A stretch of 64,000 nt of DNA, taken from NCBI GenBank assembly GCA_003141835.1, contig PLNR01000005.1, positions 126,289 to 190,288 of the forward strand, in the 5' to 3' direction. Source of the stretch: Candidatus Omnitrophota bacterium. GTDB taxonomy: Bacteria > Omnitrophota > Gorgyraeia > Pluralincolimonadales > Pluralincolimonadaceae. The notes below the pieces were generated by a model that had not been told where the DNA came from, ran no database searches, and saw only the letters and a list, made by a program, of their open reading frames with translations. Below, one piece after another: positions 9,843 through 22,489 of the stretch. Made by a program: the position numbers and the translations under genes. Each line of letters begins with the position of its first letter. The stretch's first letter is position 1.

Positions 9843-9882
9843 TGGAGTGTCCCCCAATGGGACGTCCCCTAGGAGTTTTTAA

Positions 9883-12693
9883 ATGATAGGAAAGATATTT
9901 TCAGCGGTAATAGGAACGCATAACGACAGGGAGCTCAAACGGATCAAGCCCAAGGCGGAGTTCATAACCTCCTTTGAGGAGAAGATCTCAAAGCTCTCAG
10001 ATGCCGAACTGCGCGCGAAGACAGGCGAGTTCAAGGCGAAGATCAAGGAGAAACTCAAGGATATTGACCTTAAGAATCTCGAGAAGTCCGAGCGCCGCAA
10101 GATAGAGACCGAGGCCCTCGAGGAGGTATTGCCTGAGGCGTTCGCGGTCGTGCGCGAGGCGGGCAAGAGGGTGACAGGGATGCGCCATTTTGACGTCCAG
10201 CTCATCGGCGGCATCGTTCTGCACGAGGGAAAGATATCCGAGATGGCTACCGGCGAAGGAAAGACGCTCGTCGCCACACTGCCTGCGTATTTGAACGCGC
10301 TGACCGGACTCGGCGTCCACATCGTCACCGTGAACGATTACCTGGCGAAACGCGACAGGTACTGGATGGGGCCGATATTCGAGTTCCTCGGGCTGACCGT
10401 CGGGATGATCCAGCACGACATGCACGACAGGGACCGCCAGGCCGCGTACAACAGCGATATAACCTACGGCACGAATAACGAATTCGGTTTCGATTACCTG
10501 CGCGACAATATGAAGTACCGGCTCGAGGACATGGTCCAGCGGCCGCTTCATTACGGCATCGTCGACGAGGTCGACTCTATACTCGTCGATGAGGCGAGGA
10601 CGCCGCTCATCATATCGGGCCCGGCCGAGGAATCGACGGATAAATATTATAAAGCCGCGACCATCGTCAGGGGCCTGGAGAAGGGCGAGAAAGACCCTGA
10701 TACGAAAGAAGAGTCCGGAGATTACGTGGTAGACGAGAAAGGCCACAGCGTCTGGCTGACCGAGCTGGGCGAGGCGAAGGTCGTCAAGGCCTGGGGGCTC
10801 AAGGATATGCATTCGATGGAATCGGTCGAGGAGAGGCATTGCGTCGAGAAGGCTCTCCTTGCCAAAGAGCTATATAAGCGCGACGTGCAGTACCTCATCA
10901 AGGACGGCGAGGTGATAATCGTCGACGAGTTCACAGGCCGCATGATGCCGGGCAGGAGATGGTCGGACGGGCTGCACCAGGCCGTCGAGGCGAAAGAGGG
11001 TGTTAAGATCGAGAGGGAGAACCAGACCCTCGCTACGATAACGTTCCAGAATTATTTCAGGATGTTCGACAAGCTCGCAGGCATGACCGGCACGGCCGCG
11101 ACAGAGGCCAACGAGTTCAGCCAGATATATAAGCTCGACGTGGTCGTGATACCGACGAACCGCCCGCTCATAAGGACGAACCATCCGGACAGCATCTATA
11201 AGTCCGAGAAAGAGAAATTCAACGCGGCCGCGGATGAGATCGCGCAGTTATACGAAAAGGGCCAGCCTGTCCTGGTCGGCACCATCTCGATCGATAAATC
11301 CGAGCGCCTGAGCAGCATGCTGCAGCGCCGCGGGATACCGCACCAGGTATTGAACGCGAAGTACCACGAGTCGGAGGCGCTTATAGTCGCGCAGGCCGGG
11401 CGGTATAAGGCGATCACTATCGCGACGAACATGGCCGGCCGAGGCACCGATATTTTGCTTGGCGGCAACGCGGAATACATGGTCTATGAGTATTTCAAGC
11501 AGAAGGGGATCGAGCCCGAGGCGATCGACCCGAAAGAAAAAGCCGAGATGATGGCGAAGTTCAAGTTGAAGGTCGAGGACGAGCATAACAAGGTCATAGC
11601 GGTAGGCGGCCTGCACGTCCTCGGCACGGAGCGGCACGAGGCGCGGCGCATCGATAACCAGCTGCGCGGAAGGTGCGGCCGGCAGGGAGACCCCGGCTCA
11701 TCGAGGTTCTATCTTTCGCTTGAGGACGACCTGATGAGGATATTCGGCTCGGACAGGATAAAGTACATAATGGAAAAATTGGGGATGGAAGAGGGCCAGC
11801 CGATTGAGCATCCCATCGTCTCGAAATCGATAGAGACCGCCCAGAAACGCGTCGAAGCGCACAATTTCGAGATAAGGAAACAGCTGCTCGAATACGATAA
11901 CGTAATGAACAAGCAGAGGGAGGTAATCTACTCGGAGAGGCGCGCGATACTCGAGGGAAAGGACATCGAGGAATACATTGCCGCGATGATAGAGAACGGC
12001 CTCGACTCGGCGATGGATACCTACCTCAACGAGAAGGCGCATGCCGAGGAGTGGGATACTAAAGGTTTCTCGGAATGGTTCCGCGGGAAATTCGGTTTCG
12101 ACCTTCCCGTCAACCGGGAGGAATTGTTCGCGGCGCAGCGCCACGACATAAGGGCGCGGCTCCTTGATATAGTAAACAAATTTTACGAAAAGAGGGAGTT
12201 TGTCCTCGGCGCGGACGTGGCCAGGCATATCGAGAAGACGATACTGCTCGACATGATCGACTCTAAATGGAAGGATCATCTCTACACGATGGACCTGCTC
12301 AAGGAAGGTATAGGCCTGCGCGCGTACGGACAGGTCGACCCGCTCGTAGAATACAAGAACGAGGGCTTCGCGATGTTCGAGGAGATGATGAACAGGATAC
12401 AGGATGACGCCCTCGAATTCATATTTAAAGTACAGGTAGCTACCCAGGAGAAGCCGAGAGGCGTCTTCGAATCCGTCCCCCAGCAGATGATACACAGGGA
12501 GATGGGCTCGCTCGCATCAAGGATATCCCAGCTGCCAGCAGAAAATGGAGACGCTGGGACTTCGCCTCAGGCCGCTGCGAGGCCGCCGGACGCGAAACAG
12601 GCGCCCGTCGAAAGGGAAGCACCCAAAGTGGGCAGGAATGACCCGTGCCCGTGCGGGAGCGGAAAGAAATATAAAAAATGCTGCGGCGTCTAG
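9883..12693 (+). CDS. secA: preprotein translocase ATPase SecA
   Basis: 936 aa with DEAD motor motifs and a C-terminal zinc-binding tail [14 protein letters not shown]. Confidence 0.95.
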   Translation: MIGKIFSAVIGTHNDRELKRIKPKAEFITSFEEKISKLSDAELRAKTGEFKAKIKEKLKDIDLKNLEKSERRKIETEALEEVLPEAFAVVREAGKRVTGMRHFDVQLIGGIVLHEGKISEMATGEGKTLVATLPAYLNALTGLGVHIVTVNDYLAKRDRYWMGPIFEFLGLTVGMIQHDMHDRDRQAAYNSDITYGTNNEFGFDYLRDNMKYRLEDMVQRPLHYGIVDEVDSILVDEARTPLIISGPAEESTDKYYKAATIVRGLEKGEKDPDTKEESGDYVVDEKGHSVWLTELGEAKVVKAWGLKDMHSMESVEERHCVEKALLAKELYKRDVQYLIKDGEVIIVDEFTGRMMPGRRWSDGLHQAVEAKEGVKIERENQTLATITFQNYFRMFDKLAGMTGTAATEANEFSQIYKLDVVVIPTNRPLIRTNHPDSIYKSEKEKFNAAADEIAQLYEKGQPVLVGTISIDKSERLSSMLQRRGIPHQVLNAKYHESEALIVAQAGRYKAITIATNMAGRGTDILLGGNAEYMVYEYFKQKGIEPEAIDPKEKAEMMAKFKLKVEDEHNKVIAVGGLHVLGTERHEARRIDNQLRGRCGRQGDPGSSRFYLSLEDDLMRIFGSDRIKYIMEKLGMEEGQPIEHPIVSKSIETAQKRVEAHNFEIRKQLLEYDNVMNKQREVIYSERRAILEGKDIEEYIAAMIENGLDSAMDTYLNEKAHAEEWDTKGFSEWFRGKFGFDLPVNREELFAAQRHDIRARLLDIVNKFYEKREFVLGADVARHIEKTILLDMIDSKWKDHLYTMDLLKEGIGLRAYGQVDPLVEYKNEGFAMFEEMMNRIQDDALEFIFKVQVATQEKPRGVFESVPQQMIHREMGSLASRISQLPAENGDAGTSPQAAARPPDAKQAPVEREAPKVGRNDPCPCGSGKKYKKCCGV

Positions 12694-14231
12694 TCTTTTT
12701 ACCGTTATTGTCGGCTTTATTGCTGACGCTGTCGTATCCGGCGTTCAATTTCTCGTACCTCGCGTGGTTCGCGCTGATACCGGTGCTTATCGCGATCCGC
12801 GGAGAGAAACCGTGGCAGGCTTTTTTCACAGGTTACATAACAGGGTTATTATTCTTCGGCGCCACGCTCTACTGGGTCGGATATGTGGCGATAATAGGCG
12901 TAGTCGTCCTGGCGGCCTACCTTGCTTTCTTCTTCGGGATATTCGCGGTCGGCGTCGACATACTGGCCATGCAGTTCGAAAAGCCGCGCATAAGGTTCGC
13001 GGTGCTGGTGAGCTGCCTCTGGGTGGCGGTGGAATTCCTGAGGAGCCACCTCTTCACCGGCTTCGGATGGGCGCTGCTCGGCCACACTCAGTGGGACACC
13101 CTGCCGATAATACAGATAGCCGATGCGGCCGGCGCATACGGCGTTTCGTTTTTGATCGTCTTTACCAACGTCCTTATCTCCTCGAAGATAAAGAAGAAGA
13201 TAAAGGGCCATATGCCGGAGCCGAGATACCTGGCGCTCCTCGTGATAGTGCTGATAGTGGTAGCGATATACGGATATTACAAGGCCGACCAGAAGCTCGA
13301 AGGGGACCCGGTCAGGATATCGGTGATACAGGGGAACATCCCCCAGTCGGAGAAGTGGGATGAGAAATATGCCGACGCGATATTGAATAAATACATAGAC
13401 CTTACGAGAGAGGCGGCAAAGGATAAGCCGGACCTGATAATCTGGCCCGAGACGTCGGTCCCCGGGTTCCTCGAGACCGACCAGATCCTGCGGGAGAAGG
13501 TCACCGCCCTGGCGAAAGAGGTCAATGCATACCTGTTGGTAGGGACGCAGACCGAGAGGGTGCCGCAGAAGGTGCGTTATTTTAATAGCGCCGCCCTGAT
13601 ATCTAACAAGGGCGAGGTAGTCCAGCGCTACGACAAGATACACCTCGTTCCGTTCGGGGAATATGTCCCGATGGGAAACAGCTACTTATCTTTCATCAAG
13701 AAGCGCTACGACATGGGCGAGGATTATACTGCGGGGAAGGGTTACACGATATTCGAGATACCGACGCAGAAGGGCAAGCGGGTGAAATTCGGAGTCCTGA
13801 TATGTTTTGAGGACGTCTTCCCTGAGATATCGAGGGACTTCGTCCGGGCCGGTGCGGACTTCCTGGTCGTGATAACTAACGATGCGTGGTACATGAAGAC
13901 AGCGGCGCCGTTCCAGCACGCGCAGCCTTCTATTTTCCGCGCGGTCGAGAACAGGGTCAACGTGGTAAGGTGCGCGAATACCGGCTACTCGTGTTTTATA
14001 AACCAGGCCGGCAAGATAACGCAGGAGGTAAAGGATTTCAAAGGGGAGAAGATATTCGTTACGGGTTTCGCTACGGCGAATATAACCTCCGGGAAGGCGA
14101 AAACCCTGTATTTAAGGTACGGGGACGCCTTTGCCTGGCTATGTACCGGGTTTTTTTTGTTTGACTTAACCCTTTATTTTATTTATAATTATGTCAAGTC
14201 TGCACGTGAAAGGCAAGTCAAAAGGACCTAA
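12678..14231 (+). CDS. lnt: apolipoprotein N-acyltransferase
   Basis: N-terminal multi-TM domain plus a CN-hydrolase domain ([13 protein letters not shown]). Confidence 0.85.
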   Translation: MLRRLVFLPLLSALLLTLSYPAFNFSYLAWFALIPVLIAIRGEKPWQAFFTGYITGLLFFGATLYWVGYVAIIGVVVLAAYLAFFFGIFAVGVDILAMQFEKPRIRFAVLVSCLWVAVEFLRSHLFTGFGWALLGHTQWDTLPIIQIADAAGAYGVSFLIVFTNVLISSKIKKKIKGHMPEPRYLALLVIVLIVVAIYGYYKADQKLEGDPVRISVIQGNIPQSEKWDEKYADAILNKYIDLTREAAKDKPDLIIWPETSVPGFLETDQILREKVTALAKEVNAYLLVGTQTERVPQKVRYFNSAALISNKGEVVQRYDKIHLVPFGEYVPMGNSYLSFIKKRYDMGEDYTAGKGYTIFEIPTQKGKRVKFGVLICFEDVFPEISRDFVRAGADFLVVITNDAWYMKTAAPFQHAQPSIFRAVENRVNVVRCANTGYSCFINQAGKITQEVKDFKGEKIFVTGFATANITSGKAKTLYLRYGDAFAWLCTGFFLFDLTLYFIYNYVKSARERQVKRT

Positions 14232-14233
14232 AA

Positions 14234-15685
14234 TTGGAAGAAATAAACGACCTCATAAAACAAAGAATAATAAAACTCGGGAACCTGCGGGCGAGGGGCA
14301 TAGATCCTTACGGCGGGAAATTCGTTAAGTCGGTCAATATCAACGAGTTACTGGCGGATTTTGAGGATGCGGCCGCCCAATCCAGGGAAGTTACGGTCGC
14401 AGGCCGGGTGATGGCCGTGCGTTCGCACGGGAAATCCTGCTTTATCGACGTCAAGGATTCGACCGCGAAGATACAGAATTATATAAAAGCCGCCGAGCTT
14501 TCCGAGCTCGGCAGGACAGCCTTCGAGAACCTCGATATCGGCGACATCGTAGGGATAAAGGGCAAGGCATTCAAGACGAGGACCGGCGAACCGACGATAC
14601 ACGCCTCGGAATTCACGATGCTGTCGAAGTCGATCAGGCCGCTGCCCGAGAAATGGCACGGGCTCAAGGATATCGAGACGCGCTACCGCCAGAGATACGT
14701 CGACCTGATAGTCAACGAGGAGGTCAAGAAGGTCTTTGAGCTGCGCATCAAGATGATCGCGCGGATAAGGGCTTTCCTCGACGGCAAGGGATTCCTCGAG
14801 GTCGAGACGCCGATGATGCAGCCGATGCCGGGCGGCGCCACCGCGAAACCTTTCAAGACGCACCACGAGGCGCTCGGAATAGACCTCTACATGAGGATCG
14901 CCCCCGAACTTTATTTAAAAAGACTGTTGGTCGGCGGCTTCGAGAGGGTCTACGAGATAAACAGGAATTTCAGGAACGAGGGGATATCGCCGCGGCATAA
15001 TCCCGAGTTCACGATGATAGAGGTATACCAGGCATACGGCAATTGCGCCGACATGATAGACCTGACCGAGGAGCTTATCCTCGACGCGGCTCAGCACCTC
15101 TTCGGGAAATACAAGATCGCGCACGGCGAAGGCGAGATAGACCTGTCGCCGCCGTGGGAGAGGATACCTTTCCGCGAGGCGATATTGAAATATTCCGGGA
15201 TAGATTACAAGAAAGAGAAGGACCTGCGCAAAGTCGCGAAAGATATGGGGCTCGACGTAAGGGACGCCAAGCTCGACGAGGAAGTCGCCAACAAGATATT
15301 CGAAAAGACGGTCGAGCCGAAACTCCTGAAGCCGACGTTCATAATAGATTACCCGGCGATACTGTGCCCGCTCTCGAAGAAGAAGCCCGGCGAGCCGGAC
15401 CTGACCGAAAGGTTCGAACTCTTCATTTCAGGACAGGAGCTTGCCAACGCCTATTCCGAGCTTAACGACCCGATAGAGCAGAAGTCGAGGTTCGAGGAAC
15501 AGGCGGCGCATCCCGGCGAAGGCTTGAAGACCATAGACGAGGATTTTGTCCGCGCGCTCGAGTACGGCATGCCCCCGGCAGGCGGGCTCGGCATCGGGAT
15601 AGACAGGCTGGCGATGCTCTTCGCCAATTGCGATTCGATAAAGGACGTGATTTTCTTCCCGCAGCTTAAGCCGGAACAGCAGTAA
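14234..15685 (+). CDS. lysS: lysyl-tRNA synthetase (class II)
   Basis: OB-fold N-terminus followed by a class II catalytic core (FRNEG, GGLGIGIDRL). The start codon is TTG. Confidence 0.9.
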   Translation: MEEINDLIKQRIIKLGNLRARGIDPYGGKFVKSVNINELLADFEDAAAQSREVTVAGRVMAVRSHGKSCFIDVKDSTAKIQNYIKAAELSELGRTAFENLDIGDIVGIKGKAFKTRTGEPTIHASEFTMLSKSIRPLPEKWHGLKDIETRYRQRYVDLIVNEEVKKVFELRIKMIARIRAFLDGKGFLEVETPMMQPMPGGATAKPFKTHHEALGIDLYMRIAPELYLKRLLVGGFERVYEINRNFRNEGISPRHNPEFTMIEVYQAYGNCADMIDLTEELILDAAQHLFGKYKIAHGEGEIDLSPPWERIPFREAILKYSGIDYKKEKDLRKVAKDMGLDVRDAKLDEEVANKIFEKTVEPKLLKPTFIIDYPAILCPLSKKKPGEPDLTERFELFISGQELANAYSELNDPIEQKSRFEEQAAHPGEGLKTIDEDFVRALEYGMPPAGGLGIGIDRLAMLFANCDSIKDVIFFPQLKPEQQ

Positions 15686-15703
15686 CCAAATAAATTTCTG
15701 GAT

Positions 15704-16888
15704 ATGCGTTACGAATTGTTAGTGGCTTCAAGATATCTCCTTGCCAAACGCAGGGAGAAATTCATATCGATAATCAGCCTGATCTCGGTGCTGGGTGTCG
15801 CGGTCGGGGTCTGCGCGCTCATAGTCGTCATCGGGGTGATGACCGGTTTCGACAACGAGCTGCGCGATAAGATAATCGGCGCGAATTCGCATATCATCGT
15901 CGAGCAGGAAGGCGGCATCGGGGATCCCGCCGCGCTTATCAAAAAGATTAGGACCGAGCCCCACGTTGTTTCCGCTTCACCTTTCCTCGACGGCCAGGCG
16001 TTCATCAGGGCGAAGGATACGATGCAGGGCATCTCGATAAGGGGTATCGTCGCCGAAGAAGAAGCCAAAGTATCGAAGCTCAGTTCCTATATCAAGTCCG
16101 GCTCTATGGCTGAGCTCAAGAACGACGGCATGCTGATAGGCACGGAGATGGCGCAGAGGTTCGCGCTTAAGCTCGGCGACACAGTTTCTGTCCTTTCTCC
16201 GGTGGACGGCTCATCGAAAGAATTCAAGGTCGCCGGGACATTCAATTCGGGTTATTACGAATACGATTCCGCGCTCGCTTTTGTGGACCTCAAGGACGCG
16301 CAGGAGCTCTTCGGCTACGAGGGAAAGGCCGGCGGGATCGGGGTAAAGTTAGACGACGAATATCTCGCGCCAGAGCTAAGGGTGAAATTACAGAAGGAGC
16401 TCGGTTTTCCTTTTTACGTAAAGACGTGGATAGACCTGAACAGGAGCCTCTTCTCGGCGTTGAAGCTCGAGAAGCTGGCGATGTTCTGGATATTGGCGCT
16501 GATCGTCACGGTCGCGTGCTTTAATATCGCGGCGACGATGATCATGGTCGTAATGGAGAAGACCAAAGATATCGGCATCCTCAAGGCTATAGGCGCGGCC
16601 AATAGTTCCATAAGGCTGATATTCACGCTCCAGGGATTCATAGTCGGGGCGGTCGGGACCGCGCTCGGAACGGCCGGCGGGCTGGGCCTCGGGTACCTGC
16701 TCGAGAAGTACCAGTTCATCAAGCTCCCGAGGGATATCTATTACATAGACAGGTTTCCCGTGGATATACAATACACGGACGTGGCCGTGATAGTGGCCGC
16801 GGCGCTGGCGATAAGTTTGCTGGCTTGCCTCTATCCGGCATGGCAGGCCTCGCGCCTGAACCCGGTAGATGCGCTTCGGTACGAATAG
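15704..16888 (+). CDS. lolE: lipoprotein-releasing system permease LolC/E (FtsX family)
   Basis: N-terminal TM, large periplasmic loop, three C-terminal TM helices; adjacent to lolD. Confidence 0.75.
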   Translation: MRYELLVASRYLLAKRREKFISIISLISVLGVAVGVCALIVVIGVMTGFDNELRDKIIGANSHIIVEQEGGIGDPAALIKKIRTEPHVVSASPFLDGQAFIRAKDTMQGISIRGIVAEEEAKVSKLSSYIKSGSMAELKNDGMLIGTEMAQRFALKLGDTVSVLSPVDGSSKEFKVAGTFNSGYYEYDSALAFVDLKDAQELFGYEGKAGGIGVKLDDEYLAPELRVKLQKELGFPFYVKTWIDLNRSLFSALKLEKLAMFWILALIVTVACFNIAATMIMVVMEKTKDIGILKAIGAANSSIRLIFTLQGFIVGAVGTALGTAGGLGLGYLLEKYQFIKLPRDIYYIDRFPVDIQYTDVAVIVAAALAISLLACLYPAWQASRLNPVDALRYE

Positions 16889-17555
16889 GATGATACAGGC
16901 GAAGGGTCTTAGAAAAATATACAGGAACGGCGCGAAGGAACTCGAGGTGCTGAAGGGCATAGACCTCAAGGTCGCCAAAAGCGAGGTCCTCGCGGTGCTC
17001 GGGCCGTCAGGCGCCGGCAAGTCGACCCTGCTCCATCTTTTGGGCGGGCTCGATACGCCGACCGCCGGTGAGGTCATGATAGACGGCACGGATATCTACG
17101 CGCTCGGCGACACGGAGCGCGCGAAGGTAAGGAACAGGAAGATAGGTTTCGTGTTCCAGTTCTATCACTTGCTCCCGGAATTCGACGCGCTAGAGAACGT
17201 TATGTTCCCGTTGTTGATAAAAGGCGGGGACGGGAAGAACTTGCGTGGGAAGGGAGCCGTATTGTTGAAAGCGGTGGGGCTCGAGGACAGGATGAACCAC
17301 AGGCCTGGAGAGCTATCCGGAGGGGAACAACAGCGCGTGGCGATAGCCAGGGCGCTTATAAACGAGCCGGAACTCCTCCTATGCGACGAGCCGACCGGCA
17401 ACCTCGATTCCGAGTCGGGGGAGAAGATAATTGAGTTGTTGTGGGAACTCAATAAAAGTCGTAAAATGACATTAATGATAGTGACCCATGACGCGCAGAT
17501 AGCCAAGGCAGCGCAGCGGGTCCTGCACATAAGGGACGGAAAAATAATCCAATGA
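16869..17555 (+). CDS. lolD: lipoprotein-releasing system ATP-binding protein LolD
   Basis: Walker [13 protein letters not shown] signature [15 protein letters not shown], Walker [13 protein letters not shown]. Confidence 0.8.
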   Translation: MRFGTNRMIQAKGLRKIYRNGAKELEVLKGIDLKVAKSEVLAVLGPSGAGKSTLLHLLGGLDTPTAGEVMIDGTDIYALGDTERAKVRNRKIGFVFQFYHLLPEFDALENVMFPLLIKGGDGKNLRGKGAVLLKAVGLEDRMNHRPGELSGGEQQRVAIARALINEPELLLCDEPTGNLDSESGEKIIELLWELNKSRKMTLMIVTHDAQIAKAAQRVLHIRDGKIIQ

Positions 17556-17568
17556 CAAGGAGAGGATA

Positions 17569-18441
17569 ATGGGACTGAAAATCTATATCGACGGTAAATT
17601 CCACGAGAGCGAGGACGCGAAGATCTCGGTCTTCGACCACGGCCTGCTTTACGGGGACGGCGTCTTCGAGGGCATCCGCACCTACGACGGGCTGATCTTC
17701 AAGATGAAGGAGCATATCGACAGGCTCTACCAGTCCGCGCACGCGATCATGCTCGAGATCCCCATGACTAAAGAGGAGATGACCGAGGCGGTCAAGAAGA
17801 CCCTGCGCGAGAACCAGATGAAGGATTCCTATATCAGGCTTATCGTCACGCGCGGCATCGGCGACCTCGGGCTCGACCCGAGGAAATGCCCGAAACCGAC
17901 CGTCATCATCATTACCGACAAGATCAAGCTCTACCACCAGGAATTATACGAGAAGGGCCTTGAGATCGTGACCATCTCGACGCAGAGGAATATCCACGAG
18001 TCTGTCAACCCGCAGATCAAGTCGCTCAATTACCTTAACAACATCCTCGCAAAGGTCGAGGCGATCAACGCGGGCGTCGAGGAGGCGGTTATGCTCAATT
18101 CCGAGGGTTATGTCGCGGAATGCACTGGCGATAATATCTTCATCGTCAAGAACGGCGCGATCTTCACTCCACCCGTCCACAGCGGTGTCCTGCGCGGCAT
18201 CACGCGCGGCGCGGTCATCGATATCGCGCACTTAAAGGAGATCCCTATCCACGAGGAGGTCATGACAAGGTACGACCTCTTTAACGCGGATGAGATGTTC
18301 CTTACCGGGACCGCGGCCGAGATCATCCCTGTCGTCAAGATGGACAGGCGCAAGATCGGCGACGGCAAGCCCGGGAAGATGACGGCGAAGCTCATAACGG
18401 AATTCCATAAGCTTACAAAGGTCGACGGCGTGAGGTTCTGA
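17569..18441 (+). CDS. ilvE: branched-chain amino acid aminotransferase (class IV PLP enzyme)
   Basis: [18 protein letters not shown]-terminal motif and class IV fold length. Confidence 0.8.
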   Translation: MGLKIYIDGKFHESEDAKISVFDHGLLYGDGVFEGIRTYDGLIFKMKEHIDRLYQSAHAIMLEIPMTKEEMTEAVKKTLRENQMKDSYIRLIVTRGIGDLGLDPRKCPKPTVIIITDKIKLYHQELYEKGLEIVTISTQRNIHESVNPQIKSLNYLNNILAKVEAINAGVEEAVMLNSEGYVAECTGDNIFIVKNGAIFTPPVHSGVLRGITRGAVIDIAHLKEIPIHEEVMTRYDLFNADEMFLTGTAAEIIPVVKMDRRKIGDGKPGKMTAKLITEFHKLTKVDGVRF

Positions 18442-18947
18442 TGATCTGCCAGGTCTGCGGCAAGAGCGAGGCCACGGTCGAGTTCACCGAGATAATAGAT
18501 GACGAAGTGAAACAGCTCCACCTTTGCGACGGGTGCGCGAAGGAGAAGGGCATCGAGATGGAGCAGAACTTCAGCATCTCCGACCTCCTTGCCGGGATAA
18601 GCGGCCTCGAGGAAAAACCGTCCGGCGAAGAGCTCTCCGTAAAATGCCCCAAATGCGGAATGACATTCGAGAACTTCCGGAAGATAGGCCGGCTCGGCTG
18701 CGGCGAATGTTACAGCGCGTTCAGGAAGAACCTGCTGCCGCTTTTAAAGCGCATCCACGGCTCGACCAGGCACATCGGGAAATCTCCCAAGGAGATCGAC
18801 GAGACCGACGGGAAGAAGAAGATATCCGAGGCGCAGGAATTGCGGCAAAAGCTCCAGCGCGCCATAGATATGGAAGAGTTCGAGGAGGCTGCAAGGCTCC
18901 GCGACATGATAAGGTCGCTCGAAAAGAAGGCTAAAGACAAGCCATGA
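18441..18947 (+). CDS. mcsA: protein-arginine kinase activator McsA (zinc-finger plus UVR domain)
   Basis: Four CxxC pairs and a C-terminal UVR motif (EEFEEAARLRDMIRSLE); directly upstream of mcsB. Confidence 0.75.
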   Translation: MICQVCGKSEATVEFTEIIDDEVKQLHLCDGCAKEKGIEMEQNFSISDLLAGISGLEEKPSGEELSVKCPKCGMTFENFRKIGRLGCGECYSAFRKNLLPLLKRIHGSTRHIGKSPKEIDETDGKKKISEAQELRQKLQRAIDMEEFEEAARLRDMIRSLEKKAKDKP

Positions 18948-19993
18948 CCTTAGGCGAGCTTTGGGACCAGACAGGCGAATGGCTTAAGGGTGCCGGCCCG
19001 GACCCTGATATAGTCATGTCCTCGCGAGTTAGGCTGGCCAGGAACCTGGCCAAGTACCCTTTCCCGCACTGGGCGCCGGCCGAGCAGCTCGAGGGCGTCA
19101 TTTCGGATTTTGAGGGCGCCTATAAAAAGGCGGATTACTTTAAAGGGGCCTTATTCTTAAGGATCGACGCGCTCGACAGCATAGAGAAACAGATGCTGAT
19201 CGAGAGGCATCTCATAAGCAGGGAGCACATAGCCAATCCCGAGCATAAAGCGGTCCTCATAAGCGAACGCGAGATAATAAGCATCATGGTCAACGAGGAG
19301 GACCACCTGCGCATACAGGTCCTCCAGTCGGGCCTGAACCTGCACGACACATGGAAGCTCGCCGACAAAATAGACGAGGAGCTGGAACAGAACCTCGAAT
19401 TTGCGGTCTCATCGGATCTGGGTTACCTGACATGCTGCCCGACTAACGTCGGGACCGGGTTGAGGGCTTCGTGCATGGCCCATCTGCCTGCGCTGGTCAT
19501 GACGAAGCAGGCCGGCAGGATCATACAGGCGATAAGCAAACTTGGCATGACCGCCCGCGGCTTATTCGGCGAGGGGACCGAGGCATACGGGAATTTTTTC
19601 CAGATATCGAACCAGGTCACTCTCGGGCATTCGGAAGAGGAGATAGTCGATAACCTCGAGCGGATAATGAAACAGATAATAGAGCAGGAGAACGCAGCCA
19701 GGAACTCGGTATTCGCGAACCAGAGGCTGCTTTTGGAAGACAGGATTTCCCGGTCGCTGGCCGAACTGAAGAGCGCGAAACTCATAAGCAGCGAGGAAGC
19801 GCTGAACCTGCTTTCCGTGATAAGGCTTGGCGCGGACCTTGGGGTGATAAAGGGCCTGGACCGCAGGATGTTAAACGATCTTTTCATACAGATACAACCC
19901 GCCCATCTCCAGAAGAAAGAAGGCAAGCGCCTGTCTGCCGAGGAGAGGGATGTGGTGCGCGCGGAGTTCATATCAAAAAAATTCAATATATAG
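18944..19993 (+). CDS. mcsB: protein arginine kinase McsB (ATP:guanido phosphotransferase)
   Basis: CPTNVGTGLRAS guanidino-kinase active-site motif. Confidence 0.85.
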   Translation: MTLGELWDQTGEWLKGAGPDPDIVMSSRVRLARNLAKYPFPHWAPAEQLEGVISDFEGAYKKADYFKGALFLRIDALDSIEKQMLIERHLISREHIANPEHKAVLISEREIISIMVNEEDHLRIQVLQSGLNLHDTWKLADKIDEELEQNLEFAVSSDLGYLTCCPTNVGTGLRASCMAHLPALVMTKQAGRIIQAISKLGMTARGLFGEGTEAYGNFFQISNQVTLGHSEEEIVDNLERIMKQIIEQENAARNSVFANQRLLLEDRISRSLAELKSAKLISSEEALNLLSVIRLGADLGVIKGLDRRMLNDLFIQIQPAHLQKKEGKRLSAEERDVVRAEFISKKFNI

Positions 19994-20018
19994 GCCTTAT
20001 TCTTGAGGAGGACAACTC

Positions 20019-22463
20019 ATGAACATGTTTTCAAGGTTTACCGAAAGGGCGAGGAAGGTCATAATCCTCGCGAAGGAAGAAGCCAAGAGGTTTAACCACG
20101 ATTACATAGGGACAGAGCATATACTGCTGGGGCTGATAAAAGAAGGCGAAGGCGTGGCCGCCGCCGTGTTGCAGAATCTCGGCCTGAGCCTCGAGGCGAT
20201 ACGCCTCGAAGTGGAAAAGATCGTCCAGCCCGGCCCGCCTACGGTCGTCTCCGGGGATATCCCGTTCACCCCGAAAGCGAAGAAGGTCATCGAGCTCGCG
20301 ACAGACGAAGCCAGGAACCTCGGGCATAATTATATCGGCACCGAACACCTGCTCCTCGGCCTAATACGCGAGGGCGAGGGTGTGGCCAGCCAGGTCCTGA
20401 CCAACTTAGGGCTGGACTTGAACAGGGTCAGGCAGGAGGTCATGTCGCTTTTAGGTTCTGCCGCCCCGGGTTTCACGCAGCAGCAGGCGCAGGCGAAGAC
20501 CAAGACCCCCTCGCTGGACGCATTCGGCAGGGACCTGACGACGCTTGCCCGCGACGGGAAGCTCGACCCGGTCATCGGGCGCAAGGACGAGATAGAGCGC
20601 GTCATCCAGATACTCTCCCGCAGGACGAAAAATAACCCGGTGCTCCTCGGCGAAGCAGGCGTCGGCAAGACCGCGATAGTCGAAGGCCTGGCGCAGAAGA
20701 TCATAAAAGGCGATATCCCCGAGATACTGCGCGATAAGAGGGTGATAATCCTCGATCTCGCGATGATGGTGGCTGGCACGAAATACAGGGGGCAGTTCGA
20801 GGAGCGCATAAAGGCGGTAATGGACGAGATAAAACGTTCCGAGAATATAATCATATTTATCGACGAACTGCACACGCTGGTCGGGGCAGGCGGCGCCGAA
20901 GGGGCGATAGACGCATCCAACATCCTGAAACCGGCGTTATCGCGCGGGGAGATACAATGCATCGGCGCGACGACCCTCGATGAATTCAGGAAACACATAG
21001 AGAAAGACGCTGCGCTGGAGCGCAGGTTCCAGACGATCATGGTCGAGCCGCCGAGCGTCGACGAGACGATAGAGATATTGAAGGGCTTGAGGGATAAATA
21101 CGAGGCTCACCACAAGGTGAAATTCACCGACGAGGCGTTAGTGGCCGCGGCGAAGCTTTCCGACCAGTATATATCCGGCCGTTACCTGCCTGATAAGGCG
21201 ATAGATCTCATAGACGAAGCGGGCTCCCGCGCGCGCCTGAGCGTGATGACCACTCCTCCTGACATCAAGGAAGTCGAGAAGGAGATGGACCAGGTACGCA
21301 AGGAGAAAGAGGCCGCGGTAAAAGGCCAGGATTTCGAGAAAGCGGCGGGCCTGCGCGATACGGAACGCGAGTTGAAAGGCCGGCTCGAGAAGGGCCGGAA
21401 GGAATGGTCGAAATCAAAGGCCGAGGCGTACCCGCAGGTGGGTGAGGAGGAGATCGCCGAGATAACCGCGAAATGGACGGGCATCCCGATCGTAAAGCTC
21501 GAGGAAAAAGAAAGCGTAAAACTCCTCAAGATGGAAGAAGAGCTCCATTCGCGCGTCATCGGGCAGGACGAGGCGATAAATGCGATAGCCAACGCAGTCA
21601 GGCGTTCGCGCGCCGGCTTGAAGGACCCGAAGAGGCCGATAGGCTCGTTCGTATTCCTCGGGCCGACCGGCGTCGGCAAGACCCTCCTTGCAAAGGCGCT
21701 CGCCGGGTTCATGTTCGGAGACGAGGACGCGATAATACAGGTCGACATGTCCGAATATATGGAAAAATTCAATGTCTCGAGGCTCGTCGGAGCTCCCCCC
21801 GGTTACGTTGGCTATGAAGAGGGTGGCCAGCTTACCGAGAAGGTCAGGCGCCGCCCGTATTCGGTCGTCCTGCTCGACGAGATCGAGAAGGCGCATCCGG
21901 ACGTATTCAATATACTTTTACAGGTCCTCGAGGAGGGCCGGCTTACCGATTCTTTCGGGAGGCGCGTCGATTTCAAGAACACGATACTCATCATGACCTC
22001 AAACCTCGGCGCCGAGATGTTCAAGAAACAGGGCTCACTAGGGTTCAAGTCCGAGAAGGAAGAGGTGACCTACCAGACGATGAAGACGAAACTCCTCGAC
22101 GAGGTCAAGAGGACATTCAAACCCGAATTTCTCAACAGGGTAGACGATATAATAGTCTTCAAGCCGCTTACCAAGGACGACCTTTATAAGATCGTGGAAC
22201 TGGAGATCGCCGAGGTGAAGAAAAGGCTCAAAGACCAACACGGCATAACCTCAGAGCTCAATAAAGCGGCTATAGATTTCCTGATAGAAAAAGGGTTCGA
22301 TCCCGTATACGGCGCGAGGCCGATAAAGAGGACGATACAGAGGTTCGTCGAGGATCCCCTGGCCGAGGAGATAATCTCCGGCAGGCTGCATAAGGGAAAG
22401 TCCGTCAAGGTAGGCGCGAAAGTAGACCATCTGATTTTTGAGCAAGTCCCGTTAGGGACCTAA
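20019..22463 (+). CDS. clpC: ATP-dependent Clp protease ATP-binding subunit ClpC
   Basis: Duplicated Clp-N repeats, two AAA+ modules ([23 protein letters not shown]) and a UVR-like middle region. Confidence 0.9.
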   Translation: MNMFSRFTERARKVIILAKEEAKRFNHDYIGTEHILLGLIKEGEGVAAAVLQNLGLSLEAIRLEVEKIVQPGPPTVVSGDIPFTPKAKKVIELATDEARNLGHNYIGTEHLLLGLIREGEGVASQVLTNLGLDLNRVRQEVMSLLGSAAPGFTQQQAQAKTKTPSLDAFGRDLTTLARDGKLDPVIGRKDEIERVIQILSRRTKNNPVLLGEAGVGKTAIVEGLAQKIIKGDIPEILRDKRVIILDLAMMVAGTKYRGQFEERIKAVMDEIKRSENIIIFIDELHTLVGAGGAEGAIDASNILKPALSRGEIQCIGATTLDEFRKHIEKDAALERRFQTIMVEPPSVDETIEILKGLRDKYEAHHKVKFTDEALVAAAKLSDQYISGRYLPDKAIDLIDEAGSRARLSVMTTPPDIKEVEKEMDQVRKEKEAAVKGQDFEKAAGLRDTERELKGRLEKGRKEWSKSKAEAYPQVGEEEIAEITAKWTGIPIVKLEEKESVKLLKMEEELHSRVIGQDEAINAIANAVRRSRAGLKDPKRPIGSFVFLGPTGVGKTLLAKALAGFMFGDEDAIIQVDMSEYMEKFNVSRLVGAPPGYVGYEEGGQLTEKVRRRPYSVVLLDEIEKAHPDVFNILLQVLEEGRLTDSFGRRVDFKNTILIMTSNLGAEMFKKQGSLGFKSEKEEVTYQTMKTKLLDEVKRTFKPEFLNRVDDIIVFKPLTKDDLYKIVELEIAEVKKRLKDQHGITSELNKAAIDFLIEKGFDPVYGARPIKRTIQRFVEDPLAEEIISGRLHKGKSVKVGAKVDHLIFEQVPLGT

Positions 22464-22489
22464 CTTGAAAAACCGGAGGCGGGGCTGAT

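Noticed and set aside
12545-13363. Alternate-frame + strand ORFs overlapping secA/lnt (12545..13363), clpC (21473..21817), ilvD (55655..55927) and others
   Set aside because: Low-complexity Arg/Gly-rich translations embedded in well-supported genes; no independent RBS or motifs.
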